Origin: Lytechinus pictus | Lineage: Eukaryota | Direction of reading: 5' to 3' | DNA: 64,000 nt | Assembly: GCF_037042905.1 (NCBI RefSeq) | Contig: NC_087245.1 | Coordinates: forward strand, 43,152,001-43,216,000 | In this document: positions 1 to 12,574 of the stretch, piece after piece | Layout: each line of letters starts with the position of its first letter | How positions within the stretch are numbered: the stretch's first letter is position 1 | Program-made: the position numbers and the translations under genes | The notes under the pieces: model-generated | What the model was told of the DNA's origin: nothing | Seen by the model: only the letters and a program-made list of their open reading frames with translations | Databases searched by the model: none

Positions 1-2059
1 TAATTTTATATTTTGTTAAGTTGTTTTCTTCCAATGAACTTTTGCTCTAAAGAAGTTCCTATGTTGAGTGATGTCAACATTTTTTTAAACTGCTTTTGTT
101 TTTTAATTGACAAAGTAAATGTCAAACTGTAGACTGTTCAAACCTGACTTAGTAAATGTCAACTTGTAGACTGTTTAACCCTATTCCAATGGGGGCGGGT
201 CAATTTGGCCCCCTCCCTCAACGATTCACGTGATAACTCCACAATGCGCAGTGATCTCTGCAAGCATAATTGAATTGAAGTATGATTATGCTAACATTAA
301 GTCATTTCAGCCATTTGAATTTTAAAAGTGAATTTTTATATTGATTTATTGAAACATAGAAATATTGCATTGAATTTGTACCCAAAATCATGTTTTTTAG
401 TCATTTTTTGACTTGATGAAAAGTTTTCAAAGGATCGTGGCCTTAAATCTGTATGTGCAGTAACGATAAATTTGGTGTTGACACTGTTGAAAGTTGTGCG
501 ATACTTGTTAAAAAAAAATTCATGAAAGCTTGTGCCAAGACCACTATGCATTATGGAGATATTGTGTGAATCGTTGAGGGGGAGGGGGTCATCAAATAGA
601 CCCCCACCCCCCCCCCCCAGTTGGTTAAGGCCTGATCTGGGTGGTGAACTTATAAAGGCAGTTAAATTGTATGTAAACTAGAGTAGAAATGCACCTGTAT
701 GTGATATAATTATTCTGTGTATATTTCAAAACACTTCTCTCATTTCCATCATCTATAATGATTGTTTGTTTGCCCTAATTATCGTTAATAATTAGATGAC
801 CTGATATTTTCAATAGGTGTTTTATACTTGACTCATTAGCTTGTCACCAAAAAGAGAATTCCAAAGTGTAGGGTGCCTGCATTTTTCCAATAGTTCGGAT
901 GTAGAAGCAATAACATGCCATATAGCCAGGGGAGGCGCCAGGGTGTTTTGGTAGGAGGGGCGAACTTTCCAGGGGGGGGGGGGGTGACATCATAATATTT
1001 TTTGAAAATTGAACAACAGGGGTAAAATCAGGGTAAAATGGCTTATACATGATTAAAAACGCTATTTTTACAATTATCTACCCTTCACCCTTTCTTTTTC
1101 TTCCTCTTTTTCTTCTTTTCTCTTAATTTTTTTTTTTTTTTTTCCTACTCAAAATATTGCAACCGCATCTTTCAGCAATTTACATGGGAGGCCTACTAGT
1201 TTTTCAAAACATGACTTAAAGTACATATATAATTTTTTCCACCATTTTATATTCCTTGTTGTTGTTTTTATAGAATCATCCTAATTATTTGTAAATATTG
1301 TAATTAATAGTTATTTTTTCTAATCCCTTATAATTATTTGTATAAATAATTCATGTAATTTTGTTTCTAAATAAACATATAAATATAAAAAAAAGTTGTT
1401 ACATGTATATAATGATCGATGTGTTCTTGTCTGTGTCATTATAATATTACAATATATGTTCTTTTTTTACATGATTTTCTGTATAATTGTTTTATTTTGT
1501 AAAATATACCAAACTATTATTTAAGAATTTACATTTCAGCAAGGTAAAAACTTTACATAACTGCTGTGTATTTTTTTAAATGAATCATTTTGGTGTAAAT
1601 TTTACTTCTGTATTCTGTACCCTTTACTCTGCTAGTACATGGAGAACCTATTGGGTGAACACAATAACAGAGTAAAGGGTACAGAATACTGAAGAAAAAT
1701 TACAACAAAATGATGCATTAAAAAAAAATAGTCAGCAAGTATGTAAAATTTTTACCTAGCTGAAATCTAATTCTTACATAATAGTTTGGTATATTTTACA
1801 AAATAGGGGTTAGGTAAAACTTTACACAATTGTTGTGGAGTTCTATACGTACATCGCAGATGTGTATTTTTTACAAAATGAAAAAATTACACAGCAATTA
1901 TGTAAAAAATTTACTTTGCAGAAATGTAAATTCTTACATAATAGTTTTGTATATTTTACAAAATAGGGGTTAGGTAAAATTTCACACAATTGTTGTGGAG
2001 TTCTATACGTACATCACAGTTGTGTAAAATTTAACACAACTTGTGTAAAATTTTCTGTG
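1..2059 (+). mobile_element. 3' part and right end of a CACTA/EnSpm element (family B, copy 1)
   Basis: Ends ...TGTGTAAAATTTTCTGTG (rc CACAGAAAATTTTACACA) after an array of TTTTACA/TGTAAAA subterminal repeats. Near-identical to 23887-25949, and the similarity stops a few bases after this terminus. Confidence 0.8.
1493..1805. repeat. Subterminal inverted repeat (~140-bp arms, ~36-bp loop) of family B
   Basis: 1493-1631 pairs with 1668-1805, e.g. GTATTCTGTACCCTTTACTCTG / CAGAGTAAAGGGTACAGAATAC. The same structure recurs at ~25383-25695. Confidence 0.85.
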
Positions 2060-3233
2060 TGTGTGTGCATCAAGGTGGTTAGGCCTTAAATGTATGCGTG
2101 TTTAATCAAAATCATAAAAACAACAGGAAAAAAGGTGTTAGCTATGAAACATATATGACCGATCTTTTATCTCACTTTATTGCTTTCCCCACGCCCCCCC
2201 CCCCCCCCTCACCAATGAAAAAAAGTAACGCGATGTTTTACCCCGGTGTTTTACATTTTCTTTTTACATTTCTTTCTACCGTTTGAAAAATGGCGACGAT
2301 CATCATGCGATTGAGCACATGCACTGACGGTACGTGTGCAGAGACCACAGCGCAGCGGGCGTGGCCACGTGCAATAAGTACAAGAGCTAGCTACCGGCGG
2401 CCGGCGCGCTAGCCGGGCCGCGAAACTATTTTTCCCACCGAGTTCTGGACCGACATATGAATATTCATGACTTGCGTCTTCGGATTGAGAGTACGCATGC
2501 GCGTGGACCAGTCTCGACCAGTGCCGATCGTAAGCATTCACGTTGCTCAGAATGAATTAGCATCGTCAAATTACCGGTACCCTTACATAGTTACATAGGC
2601 CTTATAGGCTTAGATCTATATATACATCCAATTCTTAAACACTTATCAAACTAGCTGCCATTAATGGCAAGACATGTGCTTGGGTAGGGCTAGCTTAGGC
2701 TAGCGCATTAACTTTACCTCAAATCTGGACCTGTCTAATGCCTAATACTAATAGGAATAGCCGACTAATGCCATGGTTAACTTCGAACTTGTTAATTCCG
2801 AACTTTACGTTTGATTAGGTTTGGACCAATATTAGATTATTTACCATGGTTTAATATGTCTAGTCCGTATTCAGAACCAGTCCTAGATCTAAAAAAAAAT
2901 ATCTTAGTTCTAGTCTAGTCTCTAGATCTAGACTCTGATCTACGCGCTATCAGCATGGAACCACTAGTGTACCAAAGGGGGGGGGGCAGACTGCCCCCCT
3001 GACGAGTCACAACTGATCCAGGGGACGCGCCCCCCCCCTTGAGAAGCCAAATTAATAATTTGTAATGTCAAAATGCAACGAAAAAAGACGTTTGTCCCCT
3101 ATTTTGAACGTGAAGATCTTTTTTTTGTTTTCTTGTCAAATTTTTTTCAGCTACGAAATCCTTAATTTTGGGTGAAGACGGGGATCAAGATCACTGACGT
3201 TAATTTGTGCCTGACGTTAGAATACGTTCCATG

Positions 3234-3559
3234 CACGCACTGGTGTACCTAGGATTTTCCAAAAGGGGGGCAAATTTTTTAGAGGATATTTCGTCCGCGA
3301 AAAAATGTGACAAGCCCCCCCCCCCCTAAAAAAAAAAGGGTCTTCACCGCAAATTATAGATTTCTTAGCTGAGAAAAAAAAATTGACAAGCAAAAAAAAA
3401 AAAAGATCTTCACGTTCAAAAAAGGGGACATACGTCTTTTTTTCATTGCATTTTTACATTACAAATTATTAATTTGGCTTCTCAAAGGGGGCATGTCCCC
3501 TGAATCAGTTGTGACTCGTCAGAGGGACAGTCTCCCCCCCCCCCCTTGGTACACTAGTG
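3234..3559. mobile_element. hAT-like MITE
   Basis: TIR CACTGGTGTACC (3238) / GGTACACTAGTG (ends 3559). The 8-bp direct repeat GTTCCATG lies at 3226-3233 and 3560-3567, with 4 extra nt on the left side. Confidence 0.6.
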
Positions 3560-3766
3560 GTTCCATGCTGATACAGCGTAGATCAGAGTCTAGATATAGA
3601 GACTAGACTAGAACTAAGATAAAAAAATTTTAGATCTAGGACTGGTTCTGTATACGGACTAGACATATTAAACCATGGCAAATAAGCTAATATTTGTCTA
3701 AACCTAATTAAACGTGAAGTTCGGAATTAACCAGTTCGAAGTTAACCATGGCATTAGTCGGCTATT

Positions 3767-6343
3767 CAGTGTTGTAGTCAAGGCTCAAACCTCCAAGGCC
3801 AAGGCTTTAATACCCAAGGCCAAGGCTTCAATACCAAAGGCCAAGGCCAAGGCATGGAAACCCAAGGCCAAGGCCTGAAAACCTCAAGGCCAAGGCATTT
3901 CAAACTTACGATATACAGAACAATGAACTAACAATACTTAGGCGGCAGACATCACACATGGTAAAATGTATGTGAGCGAGGGGACTGAGCGAGAAAAAAA
4001 ATTAACCTTTGTACATTTAAAACAAAAATAATTTCATGATAGAGACATATTAAAATAATGATATAGTTACCTGTGTACACATAATCCATAATTTTTCTAT
4101 AGGCGATTTACATTGCAATACTTATTATTACCACGGTCATCTGATCCTGGCATTCTCAACGTATGTTTTTCTCCACTCCATGGGACAGGGGCAACAGAAA
4201 ATTATTATGGGGGGGGGGGGTCAACGCCAAAAAGGCACCCATTTATCAAAATGAGTTTTTTTGTGCAAACAGATACATGTATTTTCAAAATGAGATTATG
4301 AACTGCGTGAAAAAATTGTGTGTTTTATAGAAATTAAGTTGAGCAAAGGCTTTCTAAAGTGATTTTTAGTTATAAGATAGATATTTTGCTTTAGGTTTTA
4401 CTTCTCAGCGAGAAAGCATAGCGAGCAAGCGGTTTTGAAAAAAAAATCAATTATGATGTTGTAAAACTTGATTTATGGTCAATTATGGGGTTAATCATTG
4501 TTGAAATTTCCTTGCGCGATGTTGCCAGCGCGAATCACCAGCTCAAACTTCTTGACATGTCGTGTAATAAGACATGGAAATTATTTTATTCTGAGCTGGT
4601 TTTGTAATCATGAAAAAGATGTGTATCTAACTAAAAAATAACTTTGCGCTCGCTCGCTAATTCTTTTTATATACTGACCAGTAAAGGAAGCAGTTAATTA
4701 CTGCATTTTAAATAAGATACATAACTCACCAATTAATAAAAAATAATGCGAGCGCAAAGCGCGAGCTCAAAAATTTGTGATATTCCAACCTGAAAACTGG
4801 ACATTCTAAGCATTTTTTTGTGAACGAGAAGAGAACGAGTACAATAATTGATGCGAGTGCAGGAAGCGAGCCAAATATTTGTGATATTTCAACCATAAAG
4901 CAACATTCTATACATTTTTGTAACCATTAGCAGTACTGTACTAAACAATAATTGATGCAAGCACGATTCAAAATCTGTGATTTTCGAACCTAAAATGTAT
5001 TATGTTTTATTATTAAAGAAGGTATTTCTTTTTTTTAAAGGGCATATTTCATTTGGATTTTTTTGGGCGGGGGGGGGGGGGCAAGAGAGCACAAAGCGCA
5101 AGCTAACATTTTCAAATGCTTAAACTGAAAATGAGTCATTTTAGGACTCTTGTCAGTTTTCATATTTTTTTCTGCTTACAACCACTTTTATCAAACAGTT
5201 AATTAATCATTAATTATTAATACTTATTGATAATATTGATAGTTATTAATTATTAAATTATTTTTTGTTAATCATTATTTCTTGAAACCATATTGACACA
5301 AAAACAAATACGTTGCTTATTTCCTTGAAACTGTAGAGAAATGAGATTCAATGTTGAACGATATATGATTAAAAAGAAGTAAACATTTTTTCCCCTTTGT
5401 TTTGTCAATCTGACCCAAAACAAATATAAAATTTAGAAGAGAGATAGAGAGAAGAAGAAGTCCCACCACCAAGAATAAACTTAGACAAGGGGGGGGGGGG
5501 GAAGGGAAAGGAAAAGATGGAGTAAATGTGATATTATTTTTTAAACAATCTATTGCAAAATTAGCTTTTCTTATAGAAAGAGGGGGACAAATTTTGTTCA
5601 CTCGCTCGCTTCAATCGCTTTCTTCTTTTTTTTTGACAGAAATTTTGCTCTATATATGCCGTGCTTGGCCCCTCAAAGTTTCTGGCTCATCATGCCATTG
5701 ACATAACCCATTTGGATATGACAAAATTGGAGACTGTGTTCAAGTTTACCAAATCTTTTCAGAATATCATTAAGACTTAAAACATTCTTGTTGGCCAAAG
5801 AAAATAATACAAGGAAAATCCTAATGGAATAGAAATCAACCTTGTTATCGTTCTTTAGAGTTAGCTATGTTTAAAGTATGAAAATTGTTGTCAAAATTGC
5901 AGTCAGATGTAAAAATTATTCTTGTCATCAAAGCACTATTATCTTGATCATGACCATTATTATTTACTGTCATTATCATATGATTACAACACATTACCAA
6001 TACATAATGCTATTTTTCATAACTGATGTATTCTTTGTTTGAATTTCTTAATAATGGTGACAATTACAATTGATGACACTGCTACTGTTACTGGTGATTG
6101 GTAGTATTGACCATTAGTGTTATTAAATATATATAAAAAAACAATTGAAACATTTATAATTACTTATTTAAAACAAATGAAAGTACAAAATACAAAATGC
6201 CTTGAAAAAGCATTGAAAATGCCTTGAAAATGCCTTAAAATTTTAAGGCTCAAAATCCTCAAGACCATGGCTTTGAAAAAAAAAGTAGCTAGGCATTAAG
6301 GCGCCTTAAGGCCAAGGCCGAGCATCAAGGCACTACAACACTG
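3767..6343. mobile_element. Non-autonomous TIR element, ~2.6 kb
   Basis: 12-bp TIR CAGTGTTGTAGT / ACTACAACACTG, subterminal (C)CAAGGC repeats at both ends, ATT on both flanks. It interrupts the palindrome arm. Confidence 0.8.
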
Positions 6344-6579
6344 ATTAGTACTAGGCATTAATTAGACAGGTCCAGATTTGAGGTAAAGTTAATGCGCTAG
6401 CCTAAGCTAGGAGATAGCCCTACCCTAGCACATGTCTTGCCATTAATGGCAGCTAGTTTATTAAGTGTTTAAGAATTTGATATATATATATATATAGATC
6501 TAAGCCTATAAGACCTATGTAACTATGTAAGGGTACCGGTAATTTGACGATGCTAATTTATTCTGAGCAACGTGAATGC

Positions 6580-6805
6580 TTACGATCGGCAGTGGTCGAG
6601 ACCAAGTCCACGCGCATGCGTACTCTCAATCCGAAGACGCAAGTCATGAATATTCATATGTTGGTCCAGAACTCGGTGGGAAAAATAATTTCGCAGCCGG
6701 GCCTGGCGGCGCGGGCCATGCGCCACCGTACCGGCACCCAGGCCGCCGGCCCAGCGCTCGCAATATCTTGAAGAATAATATTAAGAGTGACAGACCAGAA
6801 TCAGA
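6580..6805 (+). promoter_or_regulatory. CpG/GC-rich putative promoter and 5' UTR of SAM gene A
   Basis: Local GC/CpG-rich patch directly upstream of ATG 6806 in otherwise AT-rich DNA. Contains CGCGCATGCGT (NRF1-like). Confidence 0.45.
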
Positions 6806-6869
6806 ATGGCGACCTGGCAAATCTTATTAAAAGAATGGGACCATGAATACCTCATTGAAACTTTCGAAG
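6806..6869 (+). CDS. Element A accessory gene exon 1 (first half of SAM domain)
   Basis: MATWQILLKEWDHEYLIETFE followed by a G|GTGAGT donor in phase 1. Joins 11961 in frame. Confidence 0.75.
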
Positions 6870-9398
6870 GTGAGTTTCGTTTTTTTTTTCTTTGTTTTTT
6901 TACCTTGGTCTTTATAAATGTTAAACTTGAATGGCTGAAAATCAATTGGCCGACTCATAATCTACCGATGTTCGTAGAATCTAGCCTATAGGCCTACGGC
7001 GACGCCATTGAAGTTGACGGTACGCCCTGCCAGGCCCTGCCGGCACCGCGGGCCGCCCAGGCTTGGCTCAGCCAGGCTTTCGGGCCTAGGCGCATGCTAT
7101 TGTTGCCCAGGCCGTAGACCCTACATTGGCACAATGGATGAACCACTAGATTCTAGTAAATTTTCCAAGGTGAAGGGGGAGGGGGGGGGGATTGGGCGGA
7201 TAACCAATAATGTCAATACAAATTGCTATGTCTAACTAAATTAGCCATCACCATTTCTGCACTTATCATCTTCTAAGTTAGTTAGATCTAGTAACTGTTA
7301 GGCCTCACGGTAACGTTAGATCTATATAATCAACAGTAACACAAGTAACATCACACACAGCTGTTAAATTGACTCCAGACCAATCATGCCCTATATATAT
7401 CTAGATGATTTGTATTCCATTAGACTTCTGAATGACATTCATTGAATGAAAAGGGAATAGATTCTAGGGCAGTAAGGGGAAGGGGGGGGGCTAAGTTAGA
7501 CAGATCTCTAGACTCTAGCTTAGAACTTTCAAGATTAAGAGCTAGACCTAGAGATCTAGACCTTAATAGGCTATTTTTTTTTTTGGGGGGGGGGGGGAAG
7601 GTGTAAACCAGGGTCCTTTTTACGTGTTTTTTGTACACACATGATATCCACTTGTCAGTGAGAGTGACCCCGGCCCCCCCCCCCCTTCTCACCCCCTGGG
7701 TTTGTAGTATGCAGGGTGCTCCTAGCTGGAACATATGACATGCACAAATGCTGTCGTTATATTAGATGCAAATAGTAAAGTAAGATTGTAAAATTACCCT
7801 ATGCATCATATTGCTCATTGGACTTACTGTACAAACTTGCCTCCCTATTTGTCATGTTTGTATCTTTCTCGAAGCCACAAAAACTCTCTTGCAGGCTTCA
7901 TATGTATTAGAAAGAAAAAATTGACATGATAATTTACGATGAGAATAACCCTTCATTACGCAAATCACTGACCTAAAAGGGAATGGAGGAATTAACAGTC
8001 AGTTCACAACTGTGTTTTTCCCCTTGAAAGGAATGAATAGTAAATAATATATATGTGTATGTTATGTGACATATATGTCATATTTTAATCCTTCTTAATC
8101 TGTTTTCACAGCTTGAGAAAATGAGTGAAAGTATATCGAACTCTGGTCCTCCCAGCCATCCTCCTCTTCCTCCTCCCCCTCCTCCCAGCCCTACAACTTC
8201 ATCTTCAATTTCTGTTTCTACTCCTCAATGTACCCCTTACCCATCTATATCTTCAATTTCACCTGTTTCTTCTGTATATCCCTCTGATGCTGTTTCTTCT
8301 GTATATCCCTCTGATGCTGTTTCTTCATGTACTCCTCAATCTAACCCTAGACGTATGTCTCATACCTCAATTTTTTTCTGAATATCCTTCTAATCCTGTT
8401 TCCCCTCGTGTATTTTTCCCTCATCCCTCTTCTATTTCTCCTTCGTCAATTCATCTATCTCTCCCTTCATTAGAACATATTCCTTTTCCTCCTTCCTTCC
8501 GTTGTTTTGCTTTTGTCTGTGTTGTTTTTCTTATTGTTCTCATAGTTCTTCTGATTGTTCTTCTTCTTATTCATGATTGTTAATTTTTTTTCTCAAAATT
8601 TATTTATTATTAATTATTACTATTTGACCCTATGTTGGTAGTCTTCCCAGGGAGGGGGGGGGGGGCATATTGGGGCGTGAACATGGTGAGTAATTTGTTT
8701 AATTTTTTTCTGCATTTCATTCAAGATGAAAAATAGATTTGTTATCCTTTATTTAAGCCTGAATCTCCCAGCAAAAGCTCATCAGCTATTATTGCTGGAC
8801 ATTTAACAGTCTGTCAAAATGATTTTCACCATAAAACAGAAATAGTTTTGTGAAGGACCATTGTCCTGCTGTGAATGTATACCACAAGCAAGAATGTAGA
8901 AGCTATCTATAACATTCATCCCGGGATGTTCCAATAGCTCCTGAACAAATTTTATTGCGAAGTAATATGTAGTGATTATCAAAATCTGCATACATTATTA
9001 TTCAACAAAAAAAAACCCTTCAGATCCCCGAGTACTAATGAACTCATTAGATTAGATTAAATCAAGAAAATCAGTGAAATATATTTTCTCCTCTCTTCAA
9101 TACTGAACTCCCTGAGTTGATACATTTACTTGTGCATCTTCTCCACCAACTTTTGAGAAAAACTTGCATTTTTTTGTAGAAATTCTATGTATTATAGCAA
9201 CAGATGTGCGTAAAATGAAATTGCATATTTTTGCCTTGTTAACACTTATCCCAAGAAACCTTTCTTCCATTCAAGACTCCAAAAGGAGTCAAAAGTGAAA
9301 TTGACAAGTTGTTTATCAATCAATATAAGCTATAAAACACAATGAAAAATATGCTTTATTGTGCTTTTCACTGGGCTGAAATCTATACTGTTTTTTTT

Positions 9399-10343
9399 GT
9401 CTCGCCTGCATAGCAGTGTGAGACTATAGGCGTCGCTTTTCCGACGGCGGCGGCGTCAACACCAAATCTTAACCTAAGGTTAAGTTTTTGAAATGACAGC
9501 ATAGCTTAGAAAGTATATGGACCTAGTTCATGAAACTTGGCCATAAGGTTAATCAAATATTACTGAACATCCTGCCTGAGATTCACGTCACATGATCATG
9601 GTCAAAGGTCATTTACGGTCAATGAACTTAGACCATGTTGGGGGAATCAACATCAAAATCTTAACCTAAGGTTAAGTTTTTTAAATGTCATCATAACTTA
9701 GAAAATATATGGACCTAGTTCATGAAACTAGGACATAGGGTTAATCAAGTATTACTGAACATCCTGCATGAGTTTCACGACACATGATCAAGGTCAAAGG
9801 TCATTTAGGGTCAATGAACTTTGGCCGAACTGGGGGTATCTGTTGAATTACCATCATAACTTTGAATGTTTATGGATCTGATTCATGAAACTTAAACATA
9901 ATAGTAATCAAGTATCACTGAACATCCTGTGCAAGTTTCAGGTCACATGATTAAGGTCAAAGGTCATTTAGGGTCAATGAACTTTGGCCGAACTGGGGGT
10001 ATCTGTTGAATTACCATCATAACTTTGAATGTTTATGGATCTGATTCATGAAACTTAAACATAATAGTAATCAAGTATCACTGAACATCCTGTGCAAGTT
10101 TCAGGTCACATGATTAAGGTCAAAGGTCATTTAGGGTCAATGAACTTTGGCCAAATTGGGGGTATTTGTTGAATTACCATCATATCTCTGTAAGTGTATT
10201 GGTCTAGTTCATAAAACGTGGACATAAGAGTTACCAAGTATCACTGAACATCTTGTGCAAGTTATAGTAGGTTTCAAAGTCAGCACTGCTGCTATATTGA
10301 ATCGCGTGATGCAGGTGAGACCACCAGAGGCATTCCACTTGTT
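9399..10343 (+). mobile_element. Helentron/DINE-like (Tsp/pearl-type) element with internal tandem repeats
   Basis: Sub-TIRs GTCTCGCCTGCAT / ATGCAGGTGAGAC, a short (GGC)n tract, 163-bp tandem units containing AGGTCAAAGGTCA (9791, 9954, 10117) and T-rich flanks. Confidence 0.65.
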
Positions 10344-10484
10344 ATGCTTTTGACCAGAGTTTAAGTTACAAATAAAGTTTTAACATACCTTACATTGCGG
10401 TTAATATTAAGACGATAAATTCTACATCGTAATTTTATATTTTTTTTTATTAGGCTGACTTGTCATTAGTATTCTCTAGGTTTT

Positions 10485-11885
10485 GTCTTGCCTGCATAGA
10501 GCGAGACTAGAGGCGCTGCTTTTCCGACGGCGATGGTGGCGCCGTCAACATTGAAATCTTTATAACCAAGGTTAAGTTTTTGAAATGTCATAAATTAGGA
10601 AGTATTTGGACCTAGTTTATGAAACTTGGACATAAGGGCAAACAATTATCACTGATCATCCTGCATGAGTTTCCAGGTCACATGATCAATACAAGGACAA
10701 GTCCACCTCAACAAAAACTTGATTTGAATAAAAAGAGAAAAATTCAACAAGCATAACACTGAAAATGTCATCAAAATCGGATGTAAAATAAGAAAGTTAT
10801 GACATTTTAAAGTTTCGCTTCATTTCACAAAACAGTTATATGCACATCTTGGGCGGTATGCAATTAAATGAGGGAACTGATTACATAACTATTTCTTTTG
10901 TATTTTATTATATGAAATATGAAATATTTTGATTTTCTCGTCATTGTCATGTGAAGTGTCTGTCATTCCTCCCTGAACACGTGAAATTCCATTCTAACAT
11001 TTTGTGCTTCAGGCAAGGAGGTTCTTATCGTCAAATTCATAAAAATTGAAATATTGTATAATTCAAACAATAAAAAACAAAAGAAATAGTGAGTGACATC
11101 ATCGACTCTCTCATTTGGATGTAACTGGCTCGTTCATGTAACTATTTTGTTAAAAATAAGCTAAGCTTTGAAATGTCATAAGTTTCTTATTTTACATCCC
11201 ATTTTGATGAAATTTTCAGCATTGTGCTTGTCTGATTTTTCTCTATTGATTCAAATCAACATTTTTCTGAGGTGGACTTGATCTTTAAGTGTAGGCCTAC
11301 ATGTAAGGTCATTTGGGGTCAATGAAATTAAAATATGCTGATTTTTTTTTAAATGTTCATAATAACTTCAAAAATATATGGACCTAATTCATGATACTTG
11401 GACATAGGGGTAACCAATTATTACTGATCATCCTGCATGAGTTTCCAGGTCACATGATTAAGGTCAATGTACTTAGAAAATGCTCAAATTTTTCTCATGT
11501 TCATTACTTTAAAAGTATAAGTCATATTTCATGAGACTTAAAAGGTTATGAAGTATTGCTGATAATCTTGTATGAGTTTAGGTCACATGATCAAGATCAA
11601 AGATCAATAAGGGTCAAACTTTGACCATGTTGGGGTGACATCTCTGAAATCTTATTCTTATATAACATTTTTAATTTTTAAAGAATATTTTGCAAGTAGG
11701 CTCTATATCCTTTTCACATAAATCAAGTATCAGCAAATGGACAAATGTGATCTCAGGTCAAAGTCAAAATGTTACATTGTATAAGGATTATCAAATGAAT
11801 GTGTACTTGTTTCCCTCTCTATTTTACATGTAGTTGTTTTCAAAGTCAGCACCGCTGCAATAATGAATCGTGTGATCCACTTGTT
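10485..11885 (+). mobile_element. Second, degenerate copy of the same Helentron-like element, interrupted by a MITE
   Basis: Starts GTCTTGCCTGCATAG, has the same core repeats and ends CCACTTGTT like copy 1. Confidence 0.55.
10694..11284. mobile_element. Kolobok-like MITE (TTAA target)
   Basis: TIR AGGACAAGTCCACC / GGTGGACTTGATCT followed by TTAA. Same family as 39393-39996, in the opposite orientation. Confidence 0.75.
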
Positions 11886-11960
11886 TATCATAAATGTGAA
11901 GTACTAAACATTTAAGCTTATTATTCATTTCTTTTCAAATATTTGTTTCTCCACAAACAG

Positions 11961-12070
11961 TCAATGGAATTGATGACGATAGTTTCTGGCTGTTGGAGAG
12001 TGAGGAAATTAAAGAGCTTATTCCAAAGATGGGACCTAGGCTAAAATTCACCAAAAATGTCTCTGTACAG
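11961..12070 (+). CDS. Element A accessory gene exon 2 (second half of SAM domain)
   Basis: CAG acceptor, reads (V)NGIDDDSFWLLESEEIKELIPKMGPRLKFTKNVSVQ, then CAG|GTATGA donor. Matches the SAM pattern F-x-x-N-x-I-D...L-L...K-E-L-I-P-x-x-G-P-R-x-K. Absent from the ORF track. Confidence 0.8.
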
Positions 12071-12574
12071 GTATGACTACTTTGTATTCTAGTTATTAAA
12101 GCCTGTGTATAGTTTTGGTAAATCAACCAAAATGCACCTATCACTATTCCAATTTATTGCTAGCTAATATGAATGGATATGCCCTATAACATTTATGAGG
12201 TGGAGGATATGAAATGAAAATGTATTTTACATGATAAATTTTGCGATTTTACATGAAAATTTAACTTGATCGGGTGCCCAATCAAAATAAAATATCTGCT
12301 TGTATATATATATATGTTTTTTGTCTTTTCAATTTCAATTAAAACCTATTCCAGAGCATTGAATGGGTTGAAACTTTCTGGATATATTCTTCTTCTGTAA
12401 TTAAGGATATCTAATCTCTAAATTAGATAAGTGCTTAAAGACAATTTTTTTTAATTTAAAAACAAGCATCGCCGAGAGAGGGCGCTGATATCCAAGATTT
12501 TAATATTTGAAATTTTCTCAGAAGTGGTGGTTGGAAAAATATCTAGCGGTCTCTACGCTTTAGTAAGACTTTTA

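Larger units (their letters stand above)
2410..6700. repeat. Large interrupted palindrome (inverted duplication)
   Basis: Left arm ~2410-3180 is the reverse complement of 3340-3766 plus 6344-6700. The spacer is ~160 bp and the right arm is split by the insertion at 3767-6343. Confidence 0.9.

Noticed and set aside
2251-6830. Similar ORFs at 2251-2541 (-) and 6576-6830 (+)
   Set aside because: The similarity is due only to the DNA palindrome; there is no coding signature.
8121-8583. Pro/Ser-rich and Leu-rich ORFs
   Set aside because: Pyrimidine-rich low-complexity tract with a 27-bp tandem repeat. No recognisable domain, and it is not needed to join the SAM exons.
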